Shown here piece after piece: positions 11,075 to 21,647 of a DNA stretch of 63,419 nt. The DNA is from an uncultured Clostridia bacterium (GTDB taxonomy: Bacteria; Bacillota; Clostridia; TANB77; CAG-508): contig CALXPY010000002.1 of the NCBI GenBank assembly GCA_944390395.1, forward strand, positions 1 through 63,419, in the 5' to 3' direction. Positions within the stretch are counted from its first letter, which is position 1, and every line of letters begins with the position of its first letter. The translations under genes and the position numbers were made by a program. Under the pieces are notes generated by a model. It was given only the letters and a program-made list of their open reading frames with translations. It made no database searches and was not told where the DNA came from.

Positions 11075-11743
11075 ATGTACATAGTAATGATAGGAGCACC
11101 AGGTAGTGGTAAAGGTACAGCAGCTAAAATTTTAGCTAAAGAATTAAATTTACCTCATATTTCTACAGGTGACATTTTTAGGGAACAAATAAAAGAAAAT
11201 ACTAACTTAGGAATTGAAGCAAGCAAATATATATCAAAGGGAATTTTAGTGCCAGATGATATTACAATAGAAATATTTAAGAATAGATTAGCAAAAGATG
11301 ATGTGAAAAATGGAGGAATATTCGATGGATTTCCTAGAACAATGGCACAAGTTAAAGCATTGGATGAAATGCTAGTAAAAGTAAATAAAAAAGTTGATTT
11401 AGTTATTGAGCTAAAAATTCCAGATGATGTTATTGTACAAAGAATATTAAATAGAGAAGTTTGTTCTAATAAAGAATGTGGAGCAATATATAATTCTAAA
11501 TTTAAACCTTCTAAAGTACCAGGAATATGTGATATATGTGGTTCTAAGTTGGTAGCAAGAGTAGATGATACAGAAGAATCTATAAAGAAAAGAATAAAAA
11601 TATATTATGAAAATTTAGGTGGAATGATAGAATATTATAGAGAAAAAAATATTTTATATTCTATAGTTCCAGAAGATCCTACATCAGATAAGGCATCAGA
11701 ACAAGCAGTAAATAGTGTATTACAAAAAATAAATAATAGATAG
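11075..11743 (+). CDS. adk: Adenylate kinase (Cys4 zinc lid)
   Basis: MIGAPGSGKGT P-loop; CSNKEC...CDIC lid; ATG 11075 behind GGGAGGA preferred over 11033. Confidence 0.95.
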   Translation: MYIVMIGAPGSGKGTAAKILAKELNLPHISTGDIFREQIKENTNLGIEASKYISKGILVPDDITIEIFKNRLAKDDVKNGGIFDGFPRTMAQVKALDEMLVKVNKKVDLVIELKIPDDVIVQRILNREVCSNKECGAIYNSKFKPSKVPGICDICGSKLVARVDDTEESIKKRIKIYYENLGGMIEYYREKNILYSIVPEDPTSDKASEQAVNSVLQKINNR

Positions 11744-11758
11744 AAGGAAGTAATAAAA

Positions 11759-12532
11759 TTGGTAACTATTAAATCAAAAAAAGAAATTGAAAAAATGAGA
11801 GAAGCTTGTAAGTTAACTGGTTTAGTGTATAAAAAATTAGAGGAAGTTATTAAACCAGGAATGACAACTATGGAGCTTAATAATATAGCAGAAAAATTTA
11901 TTTACGACAATGGAGGAATACCAGCACAAAAGGGATATCCAAGTGGAATAAAAGGAGTAAAAGATTTTCCTGCAACCCTTTGTATATCAATTAATGATGA
12001 AATAATACATGGAATCCCTTCTAAGAATACCATGATAAAAGATGGGGATTTAGTTAGCATAGATTTAGTGGTATATAAAAATGGATTTAATGGAGATGCT
12101 GCAAGAACATTTATCGTAGGAAATAATGTTGATAAAGAAGCAAAAAGATTAGTAGATATAACTAAACAAGCATTTTTTGAAGGAATAAAATATGCTGTAA
12201 AGGGAAATAGAGTTGGGGATATTTCTCATGCAATAGGAGAATTTGTTAAACAAAATGGATTTAGTGTCGTAAGAGAATTTCAAGGTCATGGCATTGGAAA
12301 AGAAATGCATGAAGATCCAGGAATACCTAACTATGGAAAAGCAGGAAAGGGAATTAGATTAGAACCAGGTATGACACTTGCAATAGAACCAATGGTTATT
12401 ATGGGCAAACCAGATATTTTAGTATTAGATGATGGTTGGACTATAGTAACAGAAGACGGATCTTTATCTGCACACTATGAAAATACAATTTTAGTTACAG
12501 AAAAAGAGCCAGAAATATTGACATTAGTATAA
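11759..12532 (+). CDS. map: Methionine aminopeptidase type I
   Basis: HGIPS...D..V.YKNGFNGDAARTF...GHGIGKEMHEDP...AIEPM...HYENT; TTG start. Confidence 0.94.
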   Translation: MVTIKSKKEIEKMREACKLTGLVYKKLEEVIKPGMTTMELNNIAEKFIYDNGGIPAQKGYPSGIKGVKDFPATLCISINDEIIHGIPSKNTMIKDGDLVSIDLVVYKNGFNGDAARTFIVGNNVDKEAKRLVDITKQAFFEGIKYAVKGNRVGDISHAIGEFVKQNGFSVVREFQGHGIGKEMHEDPGIPNYGKAGKGIRLEPGMTLAIEPMVIMGKPDILVLDDGWTIVTEDGSLSAHYENTILVTEKEPEILTLV

Positions 12533-12643
12533 TTTTGTTATATACTATATAGGATATTATTCATTAATAGGAGTAAAATTTATCCTATTAATGAAAAAAA
12601 TACCTTAACATAATATAAGGGTATATATTTTATGGAGGCAAGT

Positions 12644-12862
12644 ATGTCAAAAGAAGATGTTATTGAAGTTGAAGGAGTAGTTGTTGAAGCTCTTCCAAAT
12701 ACTAATTTTAAAGTTGAATTGGAAAATGGACATCAGATATTGGCTCATATTTCTGGAAAATTAAGAATGAATTACATAAAAATTCTTCCAGGAGATAAAG
12801 TAAAAGTAGAATTGTCACCTTATGATTTATCAAAGGGACGTATTACATGGAGAGCAAAATAA
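12644..12862 (+). CDS. infA: Translation initiation factor IF-1
   Basis: [51 protein letters not shown]; ATG 12644 behind GGAGG. Confidence 0.96.
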   Translation: MSKEDVIEVEGVVVEALPNTNFKVELENGHQILAHISGKLRMNYIKILPGDKVKVELSPYDLSKGRITWRAK

Positions 12863-13024
12863 TTAACAAAGGTTATTAAAGTATTAGGAAAGAAGAATTG
12901 TATGAGGTGCGATGTGAGATGTATAAATTTCATTTAGCCTGTAATCTTATACATCTGACCTCACAAATCATAATTTACTAATACTAGAAAAAGAGGAAGG
13001 AATATTTTACAGGAGGTGTAGTAA

Positions 13025-13138
13025 ATGAAGGTAAGACCATCAGTAAAACCAATATGCGAAAAATGCAAGGTTATAAAAAGAAAAGGTGTTATTAGAGTAA
13101 TTTGTGAAAATCCTAAACACAAACAAAGACAAGGGTAA
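13025..13138 (+). CDS. rpmJ: 50S ribosomal protein L36 (zinc form); absent from the supplied ORF track
   Basis: Hand translation gives [37 protein letters not shown]; SD AGGAGG 13012-13017. Confidence 0.95.
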   Translation: MKVRPSVKPICEKCKVIKRKGVIRVICENPKHKQRQG

Positions 13139-13334
13139 TTTAATTTTAGATATTAACACAAATATAGATTGGCGGCTGTAAACTTATATAGTTTATATAT
13201 CTTGTTTGTGTTTATATATATGTCTTTTTATATTATTGATTGGGTTTTCCAATGCATTTCACCTTTAATAGAAAAAGACAAAATAAAAACAAAAAATAAA
13301 ATAGAAAAATAAACTTTGGAGGTGCTAATAAAAT

Positions 13335-13700
13335 ATGGCTCGTATAGCAGGGATTGATTTACCTAAGGAAAAAAGAGTTGAAATAGGCTTAACATACATT
13401 TATGGTATAGGATTACCAAGTGCACAAAAAATATTAAAAGATGCAAAGGTAAGTCCAGATGTAAGAGTAAAAGATTTAACAGATGATCAAGTACAAGCAA
13501 TAAGAAAAGCTATGGAAGGTTATAAAGTTGAGGGTGACTTACGTAGAGAAGTTGCACTTAATATTAAAAGATTAACTGAAATAGGATGTTATAGAGGATT
13601 AAGACATAGAAAAGGTCTTCCAGTTAGAGGACAAAGAACAAAAACTAATGCTCGTACAAGAAAAGGTCCTAGAAAATTAGTAAGTAAGAGTAAAAAATAG
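13335..13700 (+). CDS. rpsM: 30S ribosomal protein S13
   Basis: [25 protein letters not shown]. Confidence 0.97.
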   Translation: MARIAGIDLPKEKRVEIGLTYIYGIGLPSAQKILKDAKVSPDVRVKDLTDDQVQAIRKAMEGYKVEGDLRREVALNIKRLTEIGCYRGLRHRKGLPVRGQRTKTNARTRKGPRKLVSKSKK

Positions 13701-13716
13701 GAGGGAAAAATAAAAA

Positions 13717-14118
13717 ATGGCTACTAAAAATGTAACAAAGAAAACAGTGACAAGAAGAAGAGATAGAAAAAACATAGAAAGAGGTATGGCACATATCCAT
13801 TCTAGTTTTAACAATACTATAGTTACAATTACAGATGTTCAAGGTAATAGTATAGCTTGGGCAAGTGCTGGTGAACTTGGATTCAAAGGTTCTAGAAAAA
13901 GTACACCATTTGCGGCAGGAGAAGCAGCTGAAACAGCAGCTAAAGCAGCAATGGAACACGGATTAAAAACAGTAGAAGTTTTTGTAAAAGGACCAGGTTC
14001 AGGTCGTGAAGCAGCAATTAGGTCATTACAAACAGCTGGATTGGAAATAAGCAGTATAAAAGATGTTACTCCAATACCACATAATGGTTGTAGACCACCA
14101 AAAAGAAGAAGAGTATAA
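13717..14118 (+). CDS. rpsK: 30S ribosomal protein S11
   Basis: [16 protein letters not shown]...[13 protein letters not shown]. Confidence 0.97.
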   Translation: MATKNVTKKTVTRRRDRKNIERGMAHIHSSFNNTIVTITDVQGNSIAWASAGELGFKGSRKSTPFAAGEAAETAAKAAMEHGLKTVEVFVKGPGSGREAAIRSLQTAGLEISSIKDVTPIPHNGCRPPKRRRV

Positions 14119-14186
14119 AAAATAAATGGGTGTGAGAAGTATGAAATAAACACCCCAACAATAATATAGGGAAGGTGAAAAATAAA

Positions 14187-14813
14187 ATGGCAAGATACAA
14201 AGATGAACAATGCCGTATTTGTCGTAGAGAAGGACAAAAATTGTTCTTAAAAGGTTCAAGATGTTATACAGATAAATGTAGTATTTCAAGAAGAAACTAT
14301 GCGCCAGGTCAAAATGGTCAAAAGAAAAAGAAACTTTCTGAATATGGAACTCAATTAAGAGAAAAACAAAAAACAAAAGCTTTTTATGGTGTAAGTGAAA
14401 AGCAATTCAGAAAATATTTTGATATGGCATCAAGTGCAAAAGGAAAAACAGGTGAAGTTTTACTTCAAATATTAGAAAGCAGATTAGACAATGTTGTATA
14501 TAGATTAGGATATGCAAGTTCAAGAGCTCAAGCAAGAATGTTAGTAACACATGGAGCTTTTGAAGTAAATGGTCAAAAAGTTGATATACCATCTTATTTA
14601 ATAAAAGCAGGAGATATAATTTCTGTAAGAGAAATAAGAAAAGATAATGGAGCAATAAAACTTAATGTTGAAGAAAATTCAGCAAGACCAGTTCCAGAAT
14701 GGCTTGAAAAAGATGTTAAAAATTTAAGTGGTAAAGTAGTAAGATTAGCATCAAGAGAAGATGTGGACATTCCAGTTGAAGAACATTTAATAGTAGAGCT
14801 TTACTCTAAATAA
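14187..14813 (+). CDS. rpsD: 30S ribosomal protein S4
   Basis: [30 protein letters not shown]; ATG 14187 behind GGAAGGTGA. Confidence 0.95.
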   Translation: MARYKDEQCRICRREGQKLFLKGSRCYTDKCSISRRNYAPGQNGQKKKKLSEYGTQLREKQKTKAFYGVSEKQFRKYFDMASSAKGKTGEVLLQILESRLDNVVYRLGYASSRAQARMLVTHGAFEVNGQKVDIPSYLIKAGDIISVREIRKDNGAIKLNVEENSARPVPEWLEKDVKNLSGKVVRLASREDVDIPVEEHLIVELYSK

Positions 14814-14872
14814 TTTTTTGTAATTATATATAAGATTGTTAGTAATTTCTATATAATTATTAGGAGGTAGAA

Positions 14873-15820
14873 ATGATAGAATTTGAAAAGCCAAATATTA
14901 AATGTGTAGACTTAGATGATAGTACTAATTATGCAAGGTTTGTATGTGAACCATTAGAAAGAGGTTATGGCATAACTATAGGAAATTCATTAAGAAGAAT
15001 ATTACTTTCTTCACTTCCTGGAAGTGCTATAACAAGTGTAAAAATAGATGGAGTACTTCATGAATTTTCAACTATTCAAAACGTAGTAGAAGATGTTCCA
15101 GAATTAATAATAAATCTTAAATCTGTAAGATTAAAATTAGATAAAAATGAGGAAAAAATCTTAAGAGTAGATTTTAAAGGACCTGGAGAAGTTAAGGCTG
15201 GAGATATAATTACAGATGGAACTGTAGAAGTATTAAATCCAGACTTACATATTGCAACTGTAGCAGAGGGTGGTCATTTAGTAATGGAAATGACAGCTGA
15301 TATGGGAAGAGGTTACAATACAGCTGAAAAAAATAAAAAACCAGATCAACCTTTAGGAGTACTTCCTATAGATTCTATATTTACACCAGTAAAAAAAGTA
15401 AATTACTCTGTAGAAAATACTAGAGTTGGGCAAATGGTAGATTATGATAAATTAACAATAGATATTTGGACAGATGGAAGTTTAAAGCCTTATGAAGCTC
15501 TTAGTTATGTTGCAAAGGTTATGACAGAACATTTAACATTATTTATTGATTTATCAGAAACTACAAAAAATACTCAAATAATGATTGAAAAAGAAGAATC
15601 AAAGAAAGAAAGAGTATTAGAAATGTCTATAGAAGATTTAGAGCTTTCTGTAAGATCATTTAATTGTCTAAAAAGAGCAGGAATCTCTACAGTAGAAGAT
15701 TTGGCAAATAAATCAATATCAGATATGATGAAAGTAAGAAATCTAGGTAAAAAATCATTAGAAGAAGTAACAAATAAGTTACATTCTTTAGGATTAGATT
15801 TTGCTAGAGATGAAGAATAA
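14873..15820 (+). CDS. rpoA: DNA-directed RNA polymerase alpha subunit
   Basis: [14 protein letters not shown]...; C-terminal domain [16 protein letters not shown]. Confidence 0.97.
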   Translation: MIEFEKPNIKCVDLDDSTNYARFVCEPLERGYGITIGNSLRRILLSSLPGSAITSVKIDGVLHEFSTIQNVVEDVPELIINLKSVRLKLDKNEEKILRVDFKGPGEVKAGDIITDGTVEVLNPDLHIATVAEGGHLVMEMTADMGRGYNTAEKNKKPDQPLGVLPIDSIFTPVKKVNYSVENTRVGQMVDYDKLTIDIWTDGSLKPYEALSYVAKVMTEHLTLFIDLSETTKNTQIMIEKEESKKERVLEMSIEDLELSVRSFNCLKRAGISTVEDLANKSISDMMKVRNLGKKSLEEVTNKLHSLGLDFARDEE

Positions 15821-15834
15821 GGAGGGAAAATAAA

Positions 15835-16359
15835 GTGGCTACAAATAGAAAACTAGGTAGAAAAACAGATATTAGATTAGCAATGCTTAAGACTTTAACA
15901 ACTGATTTAATATTACACGGAGAAATAAAAACTACTGAAGCTAGAGCAAAAGAAGTAAAGTCTATTGCAGATAGTTTAATAGCTCTAGCAGTAAAAGAAA
16001 AAGATAATTTTGAAAATGTTAAAGTAAAAGTTTCTAAAGCAAAATTAGATAGCAAAGGAAATAAAGTTACTGAATTAGCAAAAAGTAAAAATGGTAAAGA
16101 ATACTTAAAAGTTGTTAAAGAAGTAGTTGAAGAAGAAAGACAAAAAGATATGCCATCTAGATTAAATGCTAGAAGAAAAATGATGAAAACTATTAACAAA
16201 GTTAAAGATAGCAATGGAAATAATATTGATTTAACAGCAAAATTATTTAACGAAATAGCTCCTAAGTATGAAGGTAGAGTTGGAGGATACACAAGAATCC
16301 TTAAAACTATGCCAAGAAGAGGAGACAATGCAGAAACAGTTATTTTACAATTAGTGTAA
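15835..16359 (+). CDS. rplQ: 50S ribosomal protein L17, expanded form (174 aa)
   Basis: [35 protein letters not shown]...GGYTRILK...RRGDNAE; about 50-aa K/E-rich internal insertion; GTG start. Confidence 0.93.
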   Translation: MATNRKLGRKTDIRLAMLKTLTTDLILHGEIKTTEARAKEVKSIADSLIALAVKEKDNFENVKVKVSKAKLDSKGNKVTELAKSKNGKEYLKVVKEVVEEERQKDMPSRLNARRKMMKTINKVKDSNGNNIDLTAKLFNEIAPKYEGRVGGYTRILKTMPRRGDNAETVILQLV

Positions 16360-16401
16360 TGTATTTTGTCTACTCGTAGATAAAATATAGGAGAGTGAAA
16401 A

Positions 16402-16650
16402 ATGGAAATAGTAAAATATATAGTATTAATATTATATGCTATTGTTTGCGTTGCATTAATTATACTTGCAACTATGCAAACAAAAGAAAGTTCTGGTGCT
16501 TCTGGAACAATTACAGGTTCTTCAACAAATAATTTTTATGAACAAAATAAAGGAAGAACTAAGGAAGGAAAGCTAAAGAGATGGACAATAATATTTGGAA
16601 TATTATTTGTAGTTTTAGCTGTAGTACTAGGAATATTATATGTTATGTAG
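16402..16650 (+). CDS. secG: Preprotein translocase subunit SecG
   Basis: 82 aa, two TM segments, loop LATMQTKESSGASGTITGSS typical of SecG. Confidence 0.8.
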   Translation: MEIVKYIVLILYAIVCVALIILATMQTKESSGASGTITGSSTNNFYEQNKGRTKEGKLKRWTIIFGILFVVLAVVLGILYVM

Positions 16651-16654
16651 ATAA

Positions 16655-16685
16655 ATGGCATCCTTTTTATAGGGTGCTATTTTTT
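16655..16685 (+). terminator. Rho-independent terminator after secG
   Basis: ATGGCATCC / GGGTGCTAT stem (two G-U pairs), 8-nt loop, T5. Confidence 0.55.
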
Positions 16686-16697
16686 AAAGGAGAGTAT

Positions 16698-18629
16698 ATG
16701 AATTTAGAAGAATATCAAGGTATATTTAGAGGAAATGAGAAAGGTTTTGGATTCGTAAAAATAGAAGGACAAGAAAACGAAATATATGTATCTAGAGCTA
16801 ATACAAAAGATGCAATAGATGGAGACGAAGTAATTGTAAAAATATTAAAAAAAGAAGGTAAAGAAAAACACAGAGAAGGGAAGGTTACAAAAGTTACAAA
16901 ACATAATTTAGATACAATAGTTGGAACTTTTAAAAAGAGCAAAAAATTTGGGTTTGTAATACCAGATAATAAAAAAATGAATACAGATATATATATTTCA
17001 AAAAAGAACATGAAAAAAGCAAAAAATAATCAAAAAGTAGTTGTAAAAATTATAAAGTTCCCTTCAGGAAACAAAAGCGCAGAAGGAAAAATAATAGAAA
17101 TTATAGGGCATATTGATGAAGCTGGTGTAGATATATTATCTTTAGTTAAGGAATATAATTTACCTTATGAATTTCCAAAACTTGTTATAGAAGAAGCAAG
17201 ATCAATAAACAAATTAATTGATAAAAAAGATATTCCTCATAGATTAGATTTAAGAGAAAAAGAAATTTTTACTATAGATGGAGAAGATGCAAAAGACTTA
17301 GATGATGCAGTATATGTAGAAAAAACAAAGCAAGGAACTTATATATTAGGTGTACACATTGCTGATGTAAGCTATTATGTAAAAGAAGGTTCAATGTTGG
17401 ATAAAGAAGCAATAATTAGAGGAACAAGTATTTATATGATGGATAGAGTAATACCAATGCTTCCAAAAGAGTTATCTAATGGTATTTGTAGCTTAAATCA
17501 AGGAGAAGAAAGATTTGCAATTTCATGTATAATGGAAATAGATAATGAAGGAAAAGTGATTTCATCCGATATAAAAAAGAGTATAATAAAAGTTACAAAA
17601 AGAATGAGTTATACAGATATATACAAAATTCTAGAAGAAAAAGATGAAAAGATAATAAAAGAAAATAAAAAGTATGTTGAACATTTTAAAAGAATGGACG
17701 AGCTGGCTAGAATATTAAAGAAAAGAAGAGAAAAAGCCGGAAGTTTAAATTTAGACATACCAGAAAGTAAGATTATATTAGACCATAGTGGAGTTGCTAT
17801 TGATGTAAAGAAATATGAGCTTACATTTGCAAATGAAATAATAGAACAATTTATGCTAACAGCAAATGAGACTATAGCAGAAAAATTTTATTGGCTAAAT
17901 GCACCATTTATATATAGAGTTCATGAAAATCCAGATATGGAGAAAATAACAGAGCTAAATAAATTCTTATTTAACTTAGGCTATAAAATAAAAGTAAGTA
18001 AAGACAATGTTTATCCAAAATCTTTTGCAGAAGTACTAGAAAAATCAAAAGGAACTCCAGAAGAAAGAGTAGTATCAAATTTAATATTAAGAACATTAAA
18101 AGTAGCAAGATATGAAAGTGAAAATAAAGGTCACTTTGGAATAGCAAGTAAATATTATTGCCATTTTACATCTCCAATAAGAAGGTATCCAGATTTATTC
18201 ATTCATAGAATAATATCTGAATATTTGAAAAAAGGATATAATTTAAAAGAAAAAGAAATAGAAGACTATAGAGAAAAGGCAAAGAAATATGCAGAAACAT
18301 CATCAGAAAGAGAAAAGGTAGCACAAAAAGTAGAAAGAGAAGCAGAAGACATTAAAAAAGCAGAATATATGCAAGATAAAGTCGGAGAAATGTATGAAGG
18401 AATAATTTCTAGCATAACTTCTTTTGGAGTATATGTTGAATTGGAAAATACTGTAGAAGGACTAATTAGATTTGACGATCTAGGAAACGAATACTTTATA
18501 TATGACGAAAACAGAAAAACACTTATGGGAGAACGAAGTAAAAAACTTTATAAAATAGGAGATAAAATAAATATCAAAGTAAAATATGCAAGTAAAGAAA
18601 CCAGAAGAATAGACTTTGAAAAAGTATAA
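16698..18629 (+). CDS. rnr: Ribonuclease R
   Basis: N-terminal cold-shock-like GFGFV, RNB core (DGEDAKDLDDAV, HFTSPIRRYPD), C-terminal S1 domain; ATG 16698 behind AAGGAGAG. The track start 16581 overlaps secG. Confidence 0.93.
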   Translation: MNLEEYQGIFRGNEKGFGFVKIEGQENEIYVSRANTKDAIDGDEVIVKILKKEGKEKHREGKVTKVTKHNLDTIVGTFKKSKKFGFVIPDNKKMNTDIYISKKNMKKAKNNQKVVVKIIKFPSGNKSAEGKIIEIIGHIDEAGVDILSLVKEYNLPYEFPKLVIEEARSINKLIDKKDIPHRLDLREKEIFTIDGEDAKDLDDAVYVEKTKQGTYILGVHIADVSYYVKEGSMLDKEAIIRGTSIYMMDRVIPMLPKELSNGICSLNQGEERFAISCIMEIDNEGKVISSDIKKSIIKVTKRMSYTDIYKILEEKDEKIIKENKKYVEHFKRMDELARILKKRREKAGSLNLDIPESKIILDHSGVAIDVKKYELTFANEIIEQFMLTANETIAEKFYWLNAPFIYRVHENPDMEKITELNKFLFNLGYKIKVSKDNVYPKSFAEVLEKSKGTPEERVVSNLILRTLKVARYESENKGHFGIASKYYCHFTSPIRRYPDLFIHRIISEYLKKGYNLKEKEIEDYREKAKKYAETSSEREKVAQKVEREAEDIKKAEYMQDKVGEMYEGIISSITSFGVYVELENTVEGLIRFDDLGNEYFIYDENRKTLMGERSKKLYKIGDKINIKVKYASKETRRIDFEKV

Positions 18630-18633
18630 TATA

Positions 18634-18682
18634 AAAAATTACACTTTAAACATTCAGAAATATGTTTAAAGTGTAATTTTTT
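18634..18682 (+). terminator. Strong rho-independent terminator after rnr
   Basis: AATTACACTTTAAACAT / ATGTTTAAAGTGTAATT stem followed by T6, A-run on the 5' side. Confidence 0.85.
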
Positions 18683-18774
18683 ATATTTATTTAGAGTTTA
18701 TATTATAAATAAAAGCAAGATGCAACAAAATTGTGTTAAAATATTATCTAATATATAGAAAGAAGGGGAGAAAA

Positions 18775-19305
18775 ATGTCTAACCATGATAAAGAATCTAT
18801 TAATGATCAAATAGAATTTTTTACTCAAATTTATGATAAATATATACCAGATTTATATAGAATAGCAAAATCAAGATTATTAATAGAAGATGATATATAT
18901 GATGCTATTCAAGAAACAGGATATAAATTATATATTAATGCTAATAAAATAAAAGATAAGAATAAGATAAAAATATGGTTAATTAAAGTACTAATTAATG
19001 AATGTAATAAGATTTATAAAAACAAGAAAAAAGAACAAAAGTTACAAGAAAAAATAATAGTTAATCAAAATAAAGAAATGAAGTTAGATAGAGATGATAA
19101 TTTAGATTTTGAGATTTTAATTAATAAATTAAAATTAGAAGATCGAACTATTTTAGCGTTATATTATGCAAGCAATTTAACAACAAAAGAAATAGCAAAA
19201 ATTTTAAAGAAAAACGAAAATACAATTAGAAGTAAGATAAAGAGAGCAAAAGACTTTATTAGAGCAAATTTAAAAGAAAGTGAGGTGAAGGTAAATGGAA
19301 AATGA
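18775..19305 (+). CDS. Sigma-70 family (ECF-like) RNA polymerase sigma factor
   Basis: Region-2-like YIPDLYRIAKSRL...DAIQET and region-4 HTH EDRTILALYYASNLTTKEIAKILKKNENTIRSKIKRAK; ATG 18775 behind GGGGAG. Confidence 0.8.
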   Translation: MSNHDKESINDQIEFFTQIYDKYIPDLYRIAKSRLLIEDDIYDAIQETGYKLYINANKIKDKNKIKIWLIKVLINECNKIYKNKKKEQKLQEKIIVNQNKEMKLDRDDNLDFEILINKLKLEDRTILALYYASNLTTKEIAKILKKNENTIRSKIKRAKDFIRANLKESEVKVNGK

Positions 19306-20377
19306 TAAAATTGATAAAATGTTATCAGACTATTATAGTAATATAGAAGTTCCAATGAAATTTAATAATATAAAAGATAAAATTTCACAACCCAATAAAA
19401 ACAATAGAAAAAGCAAATATATATGGCAATTAGCAACAATATGTGTTATTTTATTAACTATTAGTACTGTAGCATTTGGACAAAATATCTACTATTTTAT
19501 TATAGGTTCTATGGTTGATATACATGAGGGCCTTGCAACAGCAGTAAAAAATAATTATTATGCAGAAGTAAATATGGCTTATATAAAATCTGGCGATACC
19601 AGTCTAAAAGTGGATTATGTATTAATGGATGATTTTAATTTATTTTTATGTTTTGATATTAGAACATTTATTAATTTAACAGATTGTCGTGTTTTGCTTA
19701 AAGATATGATTATAACTGATGAAAATAAAAATTTGATTTTTTGTGATGATAAAAATACTTATGAAAAATTTTGTAAAAAGAATGGATTAGAGATTGTTGG
19801 TATACCAAGAGCTACACATACAGATGATGGTTATGGAATAGAAACTTTAGAACAAGACGAAAATGGAATCAAAGTATTATATAAATTATATTCAGAAGGG
19901 TATCCACATTGTAAAGAACTAAATATAGAAATTAATACTATTATATTAAAAGGAAGAGAAGATGTAATTGAAAAAAATGGGGAATGGAAGATAAAGCTTA
20001 AATTACCAGAAGAATTTTATAGTAGAGAGAATATTTATTATAAAGTGAAAGATGGAAGCGACGAAAAGAATAATATAAAAATAGATGAAGTGATTGTATC
20101 TAATACGCAAACAGTAGTAAAATATACTGGAAAGAATGAAGATAATTTGAACGAAAATGATTGTAATATGAGGATAGAAAATGAGAACGGAGAAAATTTT
20201 GAATATTCAGCAATTAATGATGGATATGGAATAATATATTCTTCAGATGGAACATATAAAAATTCGGTTCCTTTTAGTTTAACTAAGTATAAAGCAACGG
20301 ATAAGATATATTTATTTATTACTCAAAATGGCAAAGAATATAAAATTAATTTGGAGAGAGAATATGAAAAGAAATAA
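19295..20377 (+). CDS. Putative anti-sigma factor, single-pass membrane protein (DUF4179-like architecture)
   Basis: Overlaps the sigma gene by 11 nt; short cytoplasmic N-terminus, TM IWQLATICVILLTISTVAF, large extracytoplasmic domain. Confidence 0.55.
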   Translation: MENDKIDKMLSDYYSNIEVPMKFNNIKDKISQPNKNNRKSKYIWQLATICVILLTISTVAFGQNIYYFIIGSMVDIHEGLATAVKNNYYAEVNMAYIKSGDTSLKVDYVLMDDFNLFLCFDIRTFINLTDCRVLLKDMIITDENKNLIFCDDKNTYEKFCKKNGLEIVGIPRATHTDDGYGIETLEQDENGIKVLYKLYSEGYPHCKELNIEINTIILKGREDVIEKNGEWKIKLKLPEEFYSRENIYYKVKDGSDEKNNIKIDEVIVSNTQTVVKYTGKNEDNLNENDCNMRIENENGENFEYSAINDGYGIIYSSDGTYKNSVPFSLTKYKATDKIYLFITQNGKEYKINLEREYEKK

Positions 20378-20795
20378 ATTAGTAATTATAGAAACATTTT
20401 TGATAGTAGCAATTATCATATTGGCATGTTGTGAAATATATCTGGGGTGGAATTTATTAAAACCAGAAATATATGAATTAGAGATAAATGATAGTAATAG
20501 AGACTTTATATCAACTTATATTGAAGATATTGATGAAATAAAAAATATAAAATATCAAATTCCATTACATGATGATGTATATGAAATTACGTATTCAAAT
20601 GGATTAAAAAAAGAAATAGTAAATAATGATTGGTCAGATTTAAAAGAATATATTAAAATAAATGGAGAAAATAAATCAGCCATATATTATCTATTATTTC
20701 CAGCTGTTATGATAGTAATTATTATATTAATAATTTTGAAAGTTATTATTGGTAATAAGCTTAATAAATCGCAAAAAATATACGCCCCACAATAA
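20364..20795 (+). CDS. Small two-TM membrane protein co-transcribed with the sigma/anti-sigma pair
   Basis: MKRNKLVIIETFLIVAIIILACC..., second TM near the C-terminus; ATG 20364 behind GGAGAGAG, overlaps the upstream gene by 14 nt. Confidence 0.55.
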   Translation: MKRNKLVIIETFLIVAIIILACCEIYLGWNLLKPEIYELEINDSNRDFISTYIEDIDEIKNIKYQIPLHDDVYEITYSNGLKKEIVNNDWSDLKEYIKINGENKSAIYYLLFPAVMIVIIILIILKVIIGNKLNKSQKIYAPQ

Positions 20796-20807
20796 CGTGG
20801 GGCGTAA
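20781..20807. terminator. Bidirectional terminator between convergent genes
   Basis: TACGCCCCAC / GTGGGGCGTA perfect GC-rich stem, A-run before and T-run after. Confidence 0.8.
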
Positions 20808-20811
20808 AATT

Positions 20812-21552
20812 TTAATCTATATTAGAATACATTCCAGATTTTTTACTAACTATAAATTCAGCAGCTTTTATTGAGCCTTCTGCGAATATTTCTCTTGAAT
20901 ATGAGGTGTGTTTAATTTCTAATACTTCATTACCTTTAAAGAAAAACACACTATGTTCTCCTACAACATTTCCACCTCTTATACTAGAAAATCCAATTTC
21001 ATTAGAATTCCTTTTTTCTTTTTTACTTTGTCTATCAAAATTATATGTGTACTTATTATTGTTTGCTTTGTTTATGGCATTAGCTAACATTAATGCAGTA
21101 CCACTTGGACTATCTATTTTTTGATTATGATGTGTTTCAACTATTTCTATATCAGCATCATCTAACTTTTTAGATACTTCTGAAACTATATTTGCCATTA
21201 AATTAATTTCAAAAGACATATTAGAAGATTTAAATATTGGAATATATTTAGAATAGTCATTTATAATATTTTCCTCATCCTTTGTAAAACCAGTAGTAGC
21301 AATAACCATTGGTATATTATTTTCTTTTGCATAATCAAGAATAAATAATGTTGCTTTAGGAACAGAAAAATCAATTATTACATCAGGCTTTTCAAAAAGT
21401 TGATTTAAGTCAGAAAATACTTTATAAAATGTATTATGAGTTATTTTTCTATCATAACCACCTAATAGATGCATATTTTCTTTTTGTTTAACTAAGTTTG
21501 CAACTTCCTTTCCCATTTTTCCATTAATTCCATTAATAAAAATCTTTAACAT
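20812..21552 (-). CDS. dapB: 4-hydroxy-tetrahydrodipicolinate reductase
   Basis: INGINGKMGKEV NAD-binding N-terminus, ...HHNQKIDSPSGTAL... motif; ATG at 21552 behind GGAGG. Confidence 0.9.
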   Translation of the reverse strand: MLKIFINGINGKMGKEVANLVKQKENMHLLGGYDRKITHNTFYKVFSDLNQLFEKPDVIIDFSVPKATLFILDYAKENNIPMVIATTGFTKDEENIINDYSKYIPIFKSSNMSFEINLMANIVSEVSKKLDDADIEIVETHHNQKIDSPSGTALMLANAINKANNNKYTYNFDRQSKKEKRNSNEIGFSSIRGGNVVGEHSVFFFKGNEVLEIKHTSYSREIFAEGSIKAAEFIVSKKSGMYSNID

Positions 21553-21647
21553 AAAAACCTCCATATATGAACAATAGTGGATATTTTAAACAGTTTAGAT
21601 AAAAAACAAAGATAGAAATAATCTATCTTTATAAATTCTTATTAGTG

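Noticed and set aside
15804-16328. 174-aa ORF antisense to rplQ, and many similar antisense or out-of-frame ORFs in the track (e.g. 13839-14237, 14026-14376, 27973-28437, 45633-46151, 48240-48713, 55688-56038)
   Set aside because: These are shadow ORFs opposite or overlapping highly conserved genes in an AT-rich genome. Their sequences are low-complexity Leu/Phe/Ser/Ile-rich, they have no SD, and no motifs.
16581-16697. N-terminal extension of RNase R overlapping secG
   Set aside because: The extension runs through the secG 3' end and its terminator hairpin. A strong SD (AAGGAGAG) precedes ATG 16698, where the conserved cold-shock-like N-terminus begins.
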